64,000 bases of DNA from Eledone cirrhosa. Lineage: Eukaryota. This document shows, one piece after another, positions 50,155-62,671 of this stretch. The notes under the pieces are model-generated. The model was not told the origin of the DNA. It did not search any database and saw only the letters and a list, made by a program, of their open reading frames with translations. The stretch lies in contig OZ024764.1 in the NCBI GenBank assembly GCA_964016885.1, positions 27,528,001-27,592,000 of the forward strand, read 5' to 3'. Numbering within the stretch: position 1 is the stretch's first letter; each line of letters opens with the position of its first letter. A program made the position numbers and the translations under genes.

Positions 50155-52636
50155 AACAGAAGTATTAAGGTGGGCTCGATTGTGGCCCGCGGGCCGCCTG
50201 TTGCACGCCCCTCCTTTAGACAGAATATCTATCACAGTTAAGTAATACTGTGATCTGTCGGCCAACTACATTTTCCAGCCTGAGGCGTTTGGGGGAGTCG
50301 GGATACTGACTGCGAGATTCCTATCTTCACTGGCGGCTAGCCTGACGAAGGTGACTGGTGAAGCTCGTGAGGGCACTTGGTTGTTCCAGCTCCTCAGCCT
50401 CGCCATCGCCCGAGGTAACGCTGCAGACGTGCTGGCTTGCCTAAAAAATCATTAGAGAGGTTTCCCAGTGCTCCTCGCGATACTGTTATCTTTTGCTCTA
50501 GTAGCAGCTCGTTTGTCCACCCCTTTCGCCTGCCTTTGGTTGTATGTCGTCCTAGATGTGTGTATTACCTGCTTGTGTGTTGTATGTGGTCCTAGATGTG
50601 TGTATTACCTGCTTATGTGGTCCTAGATGTATGTATTACCTGCTGGTGTGTTGTATGTGGTCCCAGATGTGTGCATTACCTGTTTTTGTGTTGTATGTGG
50701 TCCCAAATGTGTGTGCTACCCGCTTCTGTGATTTGTTTTGTTCCTTCTTTCTCTCTTCCGAGAAACAATCCTGTATTTTTTTAATCTATTCCATGCGTTA
50801 AGTAATTAGCAGCAACAACAAACTGATTTTCAGTTGTAAAAAGAATCTTTAAACCTTCACCATTTACATTAACACATACCATACGTTGTCCCAGCCACAA
50901 ATAAACAGTAAAAAAAACTTACTTTGCGGTTAAATTCTTCACAATTAAAAGAAAAATATTTCTAACACGTTTCTAGACAACACCAAGTTTACACCTTCAA
51001 TATCCGGTAAAAGTAAAAACAAATTCTGGAGACATTTAACGAAACGAAACTATGTAAAGAAAAACGAAAATTAAACGAAGACAAGTAGTAAATTTTAATT
51101 TTTATTAAATAAAATACCAGTAATTCACTGCAGTAGATTTAATCAACTTTACCCTCTCTGCACGAAAGAAGAAAAAAATTCCTGACTTAGTGCTTAATAT
51201 ATAGAGAGGGGGAGAGTTTGGTGTTACTTCATATAGAGAGGGGTATTGGAAGAGAGTGCCGTGTAGTAGATATAGAGAGGGAGAGAGTGTGTGCTAATGG
51301 ATATAAAGAGGGGGATTTGCACCCCCCCCCCCCCCCACCCCCGCCGCCTAGAAAAATTCTGAAATGCTTCGACCTCCCTGTACATATATATATATATATA
51401 GTATACACACACAGACATATATATGTATATATTATATATATAGTAAATAAATGTGTGTGTGTATCAGTGGTCGCCAAACTTTTCTGTTCCACACCCCTCC
51501 TCTAAAATATGTTTATGTTCCCCTTTAATATAAAAACAATCCGAGTATTCTGAAAGTATTATTACTGTAATATAAAGTAGAAACCCTTTATTTAAACAAA
51601 GCTACGATGCAGCGATGATCAAAACAAACTTCTCGTAGGTGCTGCCAAGCGGGGAAAAGTGGATGTATAATGATGATGATATATATATATATGCCCCACC
51701 CTTGCAAACAGGGAAAAGCAGACGTAAAATGAAAATGATGATATATATATAGATAGATAGATATGTATTTATACTTATACGTCATGGTGGCTACAGGTGC
51801 CAAGAGGAAGAAGCCGGTCAAATCCTCTGATATTTGTTTATCTTCCTTTCCTTTGTATATATATATATAGTATGTGTGTATGAAGATGTATGACCCCCTA
51901 GCAAGCCAAACTACAGTTACTCCCCAACATGGAGAGCAAATTAAAACATTACCTGTTAGAGAGGAACGTGAAATGAATTGTTAGTGAACTACCGGTGTAA
52001 CAGTAATTATGTTACCGGTGTAACTATTTCTGTTTACCTTATTTTTAAATGACACTCCTATATTAGTTTAGTGACCTTTCAATTCAAATAAATTCTTGAT
52101 GATGATTGAACTCGCATCGGAGTAGCCCAACGCCTTGGCCTCCGCGTGTGTGAGCCACATAAATGCTCTCAACGACATAGTGAGAAGAAGCCTGGACGCA
52201 GCTGAATTTCCATCTCAACTGGAGCCAGCAGGCCTAGGCCGCGGAGATGGCAAGCACCGCGAGGGAATCACCCTCTTCCCATTCGAAGGAGGTAGATCCA
52301 CAAACCCCAGCATCGCTGCCCGTCTCGCAGATGAACATAAAATAAACAAATTCCGGTGTTTGTCCTGGAGCCTCTTCTAAGCACCAGCCGCCGTCGAGAC
52401 CCCGGGCCAACTTGGACCCATTACAGCCGAGCTCCTCCGCAACATCGCAGTGTCTGTGGCCCGTCTGAGGATGGAGTCCCACGAGGTTGGATGCCTGTTG
52501 CAGCAGGTGTCACTGTCCTTACATATATATACGTAAATGTTCCCTTGACTGCTATTTCTAGCATATATTAATAGACACTTTAGAAACAGCAGCTAAAAAT
52601 CAAGAAACAACAGTGTGTGTCTGTATATATATACAC

Positions 52637-52693
<57 letters not shown>

Positions 52694-52772
52694 AGCCAAA
52701 GACACGCACACACGAACATACACATACACACAGGTGTATGTCTGCGTGTATGTATATATATGTGTGTGTCTT

Positions 52773-52842
<70 letters not shown>

Positions 52843-53459
52843 GTCAGTGATCCCCCTCGCAACCTTTAATTAAACAAACCTGCGATGAGGCGATGATCAA
52901 AATAAACACCAAAGTATAAACAAACAGCCCATAGGTGCTGCCGGATACACGATAACATGTGTAGACGAAGTAAAACTTTTATTACTGTAATATAAAGTAG
53001 AAACCCTATATTTAAACAAAGCTGCGATGCAGCGATGATCAAAACAAACTTCAAATAACATGTGTATACGAAGTGTATCTGGAAGCTTGGTCGTATTATA
53101 TGACTTTCAAATTGACCCCTATTATATTCAAATTATCCCCTGTGGGGCGTGCACCCCACGTTGAGAATCCCTCATAAATAAAAATATGTGAGTGTGTTGC
53201 TATGACTGCTATTTCTAGCAGGTTTACTGCAGTCCTGTAGACGCACAACAAAAACCGGAAGTGGCAGCCATTAAAAAACTTTGGCTTAAAATCAGCCAAA
53301 AGATTTTCAATAATAGTAAAATTTTATTTTTGACAAGGACGATAACTTTTGTCTTACTTAATCGCAAAAATCGAGGCAAAAATTTTGCGGGTGTGCAGTT
53401 TACACGCTAAAATAAACCTGCTAGAAATAGCAGTTATAGCAACTCACATATATTTATAT

Positions 53460-53493
<34 letters not shown>

Positions 53494-53904
53494 CCAAACA
53501 CACACCCTTATATATGTACGTGTGTGTGTGTTGACCGCTATATATATATATAGCAGCCAAACACATACACAGACACACATATATATATATATACATGTGT
53601 GTGTATATGTGTGTGTCCTCCTCTCGTCTATGGCTGTTATTTTTACATTGTCCTTTTTGTTATTTTTCTCGGGATTTGCCCGGATTCGAACATGCGACCA
53701 CCTATTTACAATATAGAATCTTTACAGCTTTACTGACTTTTAAGTAATCCAAGTTGTAACCCCGGATTTAGTAGTGTTTAATTTATTTTGAAGTATTTTA
53801 TTATTGGCCTTAGTTAGACGATCGTCCAAGACCATGCTGGGGCATATATATATATATGTATATATATGTGTGTGTGTGTGTGTATGCTGGGGCATATATA
53901 TATA

Positions 53905-53956
<52 letters not shown>

Positions 53957-56800
53957 CTAGGGCATATATATATATGTGTGTGTGTGTATATATATATATA
54001 TGTGTGTGTGTCCTTTCTGTTATTCGCTGCTATTTCTAAAGTGTCAATATATATATCATATATATATATATATGATATATAAATATATGTAAGTGAGTTG
54101 CTATGACTGCTATTTCTAGCAGGTTTATTTTTAGCGTGTAAACTGCACACCCTCAAAATTTTTGCCTCGATTTTTGCGATTAAGTAAGACAAAAGTTATC
54201 GTCCTTGTCAAAAATAAAATTTTACTATTATTGAAAATCTTTTGGCTGATTTTAAGCCAAAGTTTTTTAATGGCTGCCACTTCCGGTTTTTGTTGTGCGT
54301 CTACAGGACTGCAGTAAACCTGCTAGAAATAGCAGTCATAGCAACACACTCACATATATTTATTTATGAGGGATTCTCAACGTGGGGTGCACGCCCCACA
54401 GCGGATAATTTGAATATAATAGGGGTCAATTTGAAAGTCATATAATACGACCCAACTCCCTGTTACACTTCGTATACACATGTTATCGTGTATCTGGCAG
54501 CACCTGCGAGAAGTTTGTTTACATTTTGGGGTTTGCTTTGATGATCGCTGCATCGCAGCTTTGTTTAAATAAAGGGTTTCTAGTTTATATTACAGTAATA
54601 ACACTTTTACAAGACTCGGATTGTTTTTATATTAAAGGGGACATGTTTTTTAAACTCTGAACTCAGCATCTTTCTGTTGTTCTCCGGGATTCTAGCAAAG
54701 TATAAAAATATATATATATATATAGCTGGCAGTCAACCTCAGACTCGAAAAAGCCGCCGCTAATCGTGATCGTTGGGGTTATAATTAGACTAAAAGTGCT
54801 TCCACTGGGCACCATTAGCTGATTGTGATCATTGGAGAATTCTTTCTGCGCTGAAAGAGCCTAGGACTAAAAGATATATATATAGATGTCGAAACGGCAG
54901 TAGCACAGCCGTTGGGGTCCTGAATATTTTCACATCTATATATGTGTGTGTATTCTGCGACATTTATAATTACATAAGCAAGCATATTTGAATAACAAAA
55001 TTTGAGGTTTAAATACTTTATTTTTTACCAATAACATAGAGAAAGGCATGAACAACACCACATGTTAATTACTTTAATATTGAAAGTAGGGTTATAAAGA
55101 TTAAAAAAGCAGATTTTTTAATCTTTCATGGTGGTCTGGTGGGTGATACCAGAGATGGTGGTAGTCCTGGTTTCGGTTTCAATCCCGGTCATGGGTTACA
55201 TATAAGGTCTCATTTTTTTTTTTCTTTCTTTCAGTTTTCTTCTTATCTCTAGATATAAATATATATACATAAGGTAATTTGGTAGAATTGTTAGAACATC
55301 AGATAGAATTCTTTGCAGTATTTTTCCAGTTCTTTACTCTGAGTTCAACTTTACCTTTCTTCCATTCGGTGTCGATAAGTCTTGAATATGTCTAACGTAG
55401 CAATAATTGGAGCTACTTAACCAAGTTTTCCCAACCTAGTCGATGTCACCTACTGGTTGGCGATTTAAACTGTTGGCTGGGACAATGACCAACTAATCAG
55501 TCAGATTCGAACTCACTATGTCTGGCATATATTTTATATTTTATATTTGAATGACGTTCTGTAAGTAACCTGGTGGCTTAGATGGCAATACTGCTCGAAT
55601 AGATGGCTTCTATTATGAAGTTATAAGTTCATTCCCTATCCAGGATTGTAGAATTAATTTTATTTAGTTATTATTTAATCAATTGTTTTAACAAACAAAT
55701 TATATCTATAAAACGCCAAATATAGTGAGTTCAAATCTGACTGACATGCATGGTATATATTTATGTTTCATTATACAACGACACAATACACAGGAACTTA
55801 TAAAGATATGTATATATTGTCCAGGAGTTTCGAGTTTAGTGGGAATTGGTACAACTCTCAATTGGAGCTAGTTCCTGCAAGATCAGCATAAATAATGTTA
55901 TACCTTTTCATGAAATCTTGCACACCCGATGTTTTATACATGATTATTTAAAGGTGAACAAAAACCAAAGAACATTGTGCAGCATTTCTCAACCTTTCTA
56001 CCCATGTCGATCTCTTGAAATAGTTTTTATGTCTCAGGGATGCCCTGCATAAAATATACTTTTTCTATCTCTAGCGCAGTGGTTCCCAAATCGTGTGCTG
56101 CGAGATGAAACAAGATGAGCTGCAAAAGACTAAGATTAAGTTTTAAGATGTGAAAAATATAAAACTGAAATTTCATATAAAAGTTCAAATATAGCTACAG
56201 CCACAAACCTAGGCTCCACACCCCGCAATGCAAAGGATAGTAAGATAGTACCAAGGCCTGACTCACCTCTTCCACTCCATTGAGACCTCTGCCATACTTG
56301 GTCCCTGTACTGCTGATTTCCTCCATAAAGTCGGGAGGAAAGACGACAGGAGCCTCATGAGGAGGGGCGACTATTGTAGCAGGTGTCTCTGGCCTTGCTC
56401 CGAGGTAACGCTTTTACGTTTCTTCCACAGGTTGCGGCTGAGGGACCACTTAGACTGGGGTGAAGTGTCTGTCCCTCCCCCGACTTCTTACTTCTTTTTT
56501 TTTCTCATTTTCATTTTCTTTTCTCTTCTTGCTTATCTCTGCTATACCACGGCATCAAAAACATATATGATATGTGTATATATGGTATAGGTGTATTTAT
56601 ATTTAGGATAGTTATCAAAGGTAAATAGACTGGTTGAAGCAATAACAGTCTTGTTTATGTATATACACACATATATATATATATATATATATATCTGTTT
56701 GTTCTTGTATTTCCATAGAAAAGGTAAAGAAAAGAAGAATGCTCTATGTATTGTACAGAGCTATTTAATTACATAATAAACAACAGAATATAATTATTCC

Positions 56801-57053
56801 ATGCAAATAGACTTAGACTGGAAAACATTCAGACAGAGAAGAATGGATAATGAGCGTCGTAAGAGAAATTGGCCAACAATTAATATTAATGGAAATGTAG
56901 AAGGATTTCATATTAGTGATATGAATGTTTCGTGTGATCACTGTGGAGCTTTGAAATTTAGAAATGAAAATTGTAACTGTTGTAATAAAGGAAAGGTTGT
57001 GTTGCCACCATTGCAAATATACCCTGAGAGACTGAGAAATCTCTTTGAAAGAG
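56801..57053 (+). pseudogene. Helitron copy H5, truncated at a fold-back hairpin
   Basis: ORF 56801..57091 matches H1 up to RLRNLFER and then diverges. Confidence 0.9.
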
Positions 57054-57073
57054 ATTTCTCAGTCTCTCAGGGT

Positions 57074-57695
57074 ATATATTCCCGCCGTTGAAATAAAAAT
57101 TTTAATAGAAAAACGGCGGGAATATATGTTACAACCCAATCTATATATATTTAGGTTGTAACATATATTCCCGCCGTTGAAATAAAAATTTTAATAGAAA
57201 AACGGCGGGAATATATGTTACAACCCAATCTACATATATTTGGGTTGTAACATATATTCCCGCCGTTGAAATAAAAATTTTAATAGAAAAACGGCGGGAA
57301 TATATGTTACAACCCAATCTACATATATTTGGGTTGTAACATATATTCCCGCCGTTGAAATAAAAATTTTAACATAAAAACGGCGGGAATATATATTACA
57401 ACCCAAACATATATAGGTTGGGTTGTAACATATATTCCCGCCGTTTTTCTATTAAAATTTTTATTTCAACGGCGGGAATATATGTTACAACCCCAAAATA
57501 TGTAGCTTGGATTGTAACATATATTCCCGCCGTTTTTCTATTAAAATTTTTATTTCAACGGCGGAAATATATGTTACAACTCAAATATATATAGATTGGG
57601 TTGTAACATATATTCCCGCCGTTTTTCTATTAAAATTTTTATTTCACCGGCAGGAATATGTTACAACCCAAATATATATATATTGAGTTGTAACA
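57074..57695. repeat. 89-bp self-palindromic minisatellite, 7 units
   Basis: CCCGCCG recurs at 57081, 57170, 57259, 57348, 57437. Each unit holds GGGTTGTAACATATATTCCCGCCGTT and its reverse complement. Confidence 0.95.
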
Positions 57696-59155
57696 TGGGT
57701 TACATATAAGGTCTCATTTTTTTTCTTTTCTTTCTTTCAGTTTTCTTCTTATCTCTAGATATAAATATATATACATAAGGTAACTTGGTAGAATTGTTAG
57801 AACATCAGATAGAATTCTTTGCAGTATTTTTCCAGTTCTTTACTCTGAGTTCAACTTTACCTTTCTTCCATTCAGTGTCGATAAGTCTTGAATATGTCTA
57901 ACGTAGCAATAACTGGAGCTACTTAACCAAGTTTTCCCAACCTAGTCGATGTCACCTACTGGTTGGCGATTTAAACTGTTGGCTGCGACAATGACCAACT
58001 AATCAGTCAGATTCGAACTCACTATGTCTGGCATATATTTTATATTTTATATTTGAATGAAGTTCTGTAAGTAACCTGGTGGCTTAGATGGCAATACTGC
58101 TTGAATAGATGGCTTCTAGTTCATTCCCTATCCAGGATTGTAGAATTAATTTTATTTAGTTATTATTTAATCAATTGTTTTAACAAACAAATTATATCTA
58201 TAAAACGCCAAATATAGTGAGTTCAAATCTGACTGACATGCATGGTATATATTTATGTTTCATTATACAGCGACACAATACACAGGAACTTATAAAGATA
58301 TGTATATATTGTCCAGGAGTTTCGAGTTTAGTGGGAATTGGTACAACTCTCAGTTGGAGCTAGTCCCTGCAAGATCAGCATAAATAATGTTATACCTTTT
58401 CATGAAATCTTGCACACCCGATATTTTATACATGATTATTTAAAGGTGAACAAAAACCAAAGAACATTGTGCAGCATTCTCAACCTTTCTACCCATGTCG
58501 ATCTCTTGAAATAGTTTTTATGTCTCAGGGAAGCCCTGCATAAAATATACTTTTTCTATCTCTAGAGCAGTGGTTCCCAAATCGTGTGCTGAGAGATGAA
58601 ACAAGATGAGCTGCAAAAGACTAAGATTAAGTTTTATGATGTGAAAAATATAAAACTGAAATTTCATATAAAAGTTCAAATATAGCTACAGCCACAAACC
58701 TAGGCTCCACACCCCGCAATGCAGAGGATAGTAAGATAGTACCAAGGCCTGACTCACCTCTTCCACTCCATTGAGACCTCTGCCATACTTGGTCCCTGTA
58801 CTGCTGATTTCCTCCATAAAGTCGGGAGGAAAGACGACAGGAGCTTCATGAGGAGGGGCGACTATTGTAGCAGGTGTCTCTGGCCTTGCTCTGAGGTAAC
58901 GCTTTTATGTTTCTTCCACAGGTTGCGGCTGAGGGACCACTTAGACTGGGGTGAAGTGTCTGTCCCTCCCCCGACTTCTTACTTCTTTTTTTTTCTCATT
59001 TTCATTTTCTTTTCTCTTCTTGCTTATCTCTGCTATACCACGGCATCAAAAACATATATGATATATGTATGTATGGTATAGGTGTATTTATATTTAGGAT
59101 AGTTATCAAAGGTAAATAGACTGGTTGGAGCAATAACAGTCTTGTTTATGTATGT

Positions 59156-59202
<47 letters not shown>

Positions 59203-59303
59203 TGTTCTTGTATTTCCATAGAAAAGGTAAAGAAAAGAAGAATGCTCTATGTATTGTACAGAGCTATTTAATTACATAATAAACAACAGAATATAATTAT
59301 TCC

Positions 59304-60063
59304 ATGCAAATAGACTTAGAATGGAAAACATTCAGACAGAGAAGAATGGATAATGAGCGTCGTAAGAGAAATTGGCCAACAATTAATATTAATGGAAATG
59401 TAGAAGAATTTCATATTAGTGATATGAATGTTTCGTGTGATCACTGTGGAGCTTTGAAATTTAGAAATGAAAATTGTAACTGTTGTAATAAAGGAAAGGT
59501 AGTGTTGCCACCATTGCAAATATACCCTGAGAGACTGAGAAATCTCTTTGAAAGAGGCCAGGAAGCAGTTGATTTCACAGAAACATCTGCAATTAAAACT
59601 ACATTTATTTCACTTCATTTGGTGTTACCACCCGGCAGAGGCCCGTATAGATTTCATATTCAGGGTCAAACATATCAATACACACCCATCTCTGTAACCT
59701 GCAGAAAATACACCACAATATGGCCAGTTATATATTATTGATCGGAACGAAGGTGTGTAGCACAGATTGGAAGTACAACCAAATAATTGTTTCTGGCACA
59801 AGGCCAGCAATTACTGGTACTTTATTCTATCGACCTCATAAGGATGAAAACAAAGTCAACCTTAGAGGGATTTGAACCCAGAACGTAAAGGGCCATAACC
59901 CTATGCTGCAAAGCATGGTGTCTGACGCTCTACCGATACTGCCAATCCACTGCCCTAGTCCCAACAAATAATGACTGCTCACCACAAAAAATGGCTATGA
60001 TAAGAGAGGTGTTGCATGAATATAATCCATATGTCGAAGTGTACAATACAATGCATGGCATCA
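59304..60063 (+). pseudogene. Helitron copy H6 (5' part up to the insertion point)
   Basis: ORF 59304..59741. Homology to H1 stops at ATGCATGGCATCA (60051-60063). Confidence 0.9.
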
Positions 60064-61609
60064 CAAATGAATATATATATATATACTACTAAAGTGTATG
60101 TAAAATTTTAAAATAAATACTTAAATTCAATTTGTATAATTACACATACAATATGTTTTGTTGTAAAACCCTAAATAATGATTTAAGAAATGATGTCAAT
60201 CTCTTTGTACAGAGAAAAACAATTTATATATATGCATCGTGTGCGCGTGTATACTCCATTTAAGACAGCGAAAAACCTAGTACCTCCTTCAAAGAATGCC
60301 AAATAGTTTATGCCTAAGGTGTAACACTAATTAAGTTACTGGTATAGATATTTCAGTTGAACCCTGCTTCAAACATGCATATTATTATTATATATTTTCA
60401 AACACACTTACATACATTATATTTATACACATAGAAATGTTAAAACTAAAGTATAATGATATAACAACAGTATATAATAGTTTTCTTCACTTTATTGAGA
60501 TGCAATCGTTTTAAAGAAAAAACATGACAGTATAAGAAATATTTAATATGATAACATAATATTTCAGGTAGGATGGTGGTTTCTCTTTGAACTAATAATT
60601 GTTTCTACTTCAGGCACAAGGCCAGCAATTAACCAGTACATTACTGGTACTTTATTTTATCGACCCCGTAAGGATGAAAGGCAAAGTTAACCTCGGATCG
60701 TAAAGGGACGTAACTATGCTGGAAAGCATGGCGTCAGACCCTCTACCGATACTGCCAATTCACCATACAGTATAATTATACAAATATGCATATAGATAGC
60801 AATATATATACACTAATATGTATGTACATATTTATACATATATACATATATATAGGGAGAGAGAGAGACACATGTATGTATATATATATACACATGCGTG
60901 TATGTATGTGTTTATGTACATTCTTCGGTATATATATATGAGTCACGGTTTATTACACATTGGAGACACAGAGAGAAAGAGTTGAAACGAGAGGTGAGAG
61001 AGTTGAAACAAGAGAGGAGAGAGTTGAAACGAGAAAAGAGAGAGAGAGTTGAAACGAGAGGAGAGAGAGAGAGAGTTGTAACGAGAGGAGAGAGAGAGAG
61101 AGAGTTGAAACGAGAGGAGAGAGAGTTGAAACGAGGAGAGAGTTGAAACAAGAGGGTGAGGGGAGAGAGGGGAGAGAGTGATGAAACGAGTCGGAGATAG
61201 AGTGTGAAAGAGAGAGAGAGAGGAAGAGAGAGAGAGAGAGGAAGAGAGAGAGAGAGGAAGAGAGAGAGAGAAAGAGAGAGAGAGAGGAAGAGAGAGAGAG
61301 GAAGAGAGAGAGAGGAAGAGGGAGAGGGGGGATGAAACAAGAGGGTGAGGGATGAAACAAGAGAGAGAGGGGAGAGAAAGAGAGAGGGGAGAGAAAGAGA
61401 GAGAGAGAGAGAGAACGAATTGAAACAAGAGAGAGATGAAACAAGTGAGGGATTAGAGTGTTGAAACAAGAGAGAGAGGAAGAGAGAGAGAGAGCAAGAT
61501 GGAACGAGAGAGAGAGAGCGAGATGAAATGAGAGCGAGATGAAACGAGAGAGAGAGAGAGTGAGATGAAATGAGAGAGAGAGAGAGCGAGAGAGAGAGCG
61601 AGATGAAAC

Positions 61610-61641
<32 letters not shown>

Positions 61642-62671
61642 TGAAATGAGACAGAGAGAGCGAGATGAAACGAGAGAGAGAGAGAGCGAGATGAAATGAG
61701 AGAGTGAGTGCGAGATGAAATGAGAGAGAGTGAGAGCGACATGAAATGAGAGAGAGAGAGCGAGATGAAACGAGAGAGAGAGAGAGCGAGATGAAATGAG
61801 AGAGAGTCAGAGCGAGATGAAATGAGAGAGTGAGAGCGAGATGAAATGAGAGAGAGAGAGCGAGATGAAATGAGAGAGAGTGAGAGCGAGATGAAATGAG
61901 AGAGAGAGAGCGAGATGAAATGAGAGAGAGAGGAAACGAGACTAGAGAGCGAGATGAAACAGGAGAGAGAGAGCGAGATGAAACAGGAGAGAGAGAGCGA
62001 GATGAAACAGGAGAGAGAGAGCGAGATGAAACGAGAGGGAGAGAGAGATGAAATGAGAGAGCGAGAGAGAGATAGAGGGAGATGAAACGACAGAGAGAGA
62101 GACAGATGAAACGAGAGAGAGAAATAGAGATGAAACGAGAGAGAGTGATGAAACGAGAGAGAGGAAGAGAGAGATGGAACGAGAGAGAGGAAGAGAGAGA
62201 TGGAACGAGAGAGAGGAAGACAGAGATGAAATGAGAGATAGGAAGACAGAGATGAAACGAGAGAGAGAGAGAGCGAGATGAAACGAGAGAGAGAGAGCGC
62301 GAGATGAAACTCTGTCATGTAATGTTATGGACATATCTGCCCCTGGGGCTAATAATTGTCATGTAATGTTATGGTCATCTCTGCCCCTGTGGTTAATAAT
62401 TCTGTCATGTAATGTTATGGTCATGTCTGCACCTGTGGCTAATAAATCTGTCATGTAATGTTATGGTCATCTCTGCCCCTGTGGCTAATAATTCTGTCAT
62501 GTAATGTTATGGACATCTCTGCCCCTGTGGCTAATAATTCTGACATGTAATGTTATGGACATCTCTGCCCCGGTGGCTAATAATTCTGACATGTAATGTT
62601 ATGGACATCTCTGCCCCTGTGGCTAATAATTCTGACATGTAATGTTATGGACATTGCTATCTTGTTTCATC
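60064..62671. mobile_element. 2.6-kb insert in the Helitron: AT-rich segment, SINE and one composite satellite monomer
   Basis: Flanked by TCA (60061-60063 and 62672-62674). Joining the flanks restores the uninterrupted GGCATCAAACAGCAAAG seen in H1, H3 and H4. Confidence 0.75.
60965..62654 (-). repeat. Single extended composite satellite monomer (GA tract plus about 7.5 copies of the 46-mer)
   Basis: GA tract at 60965-62310 and 46-mer block at 62311-62654. Confidence 0.95.

Noticed and set aside
57074-57695. Repeat-spacer pattern as CRISPR
   Set aside because: Spacers are repeated rather than unique, and the repeats alternate in orientation.
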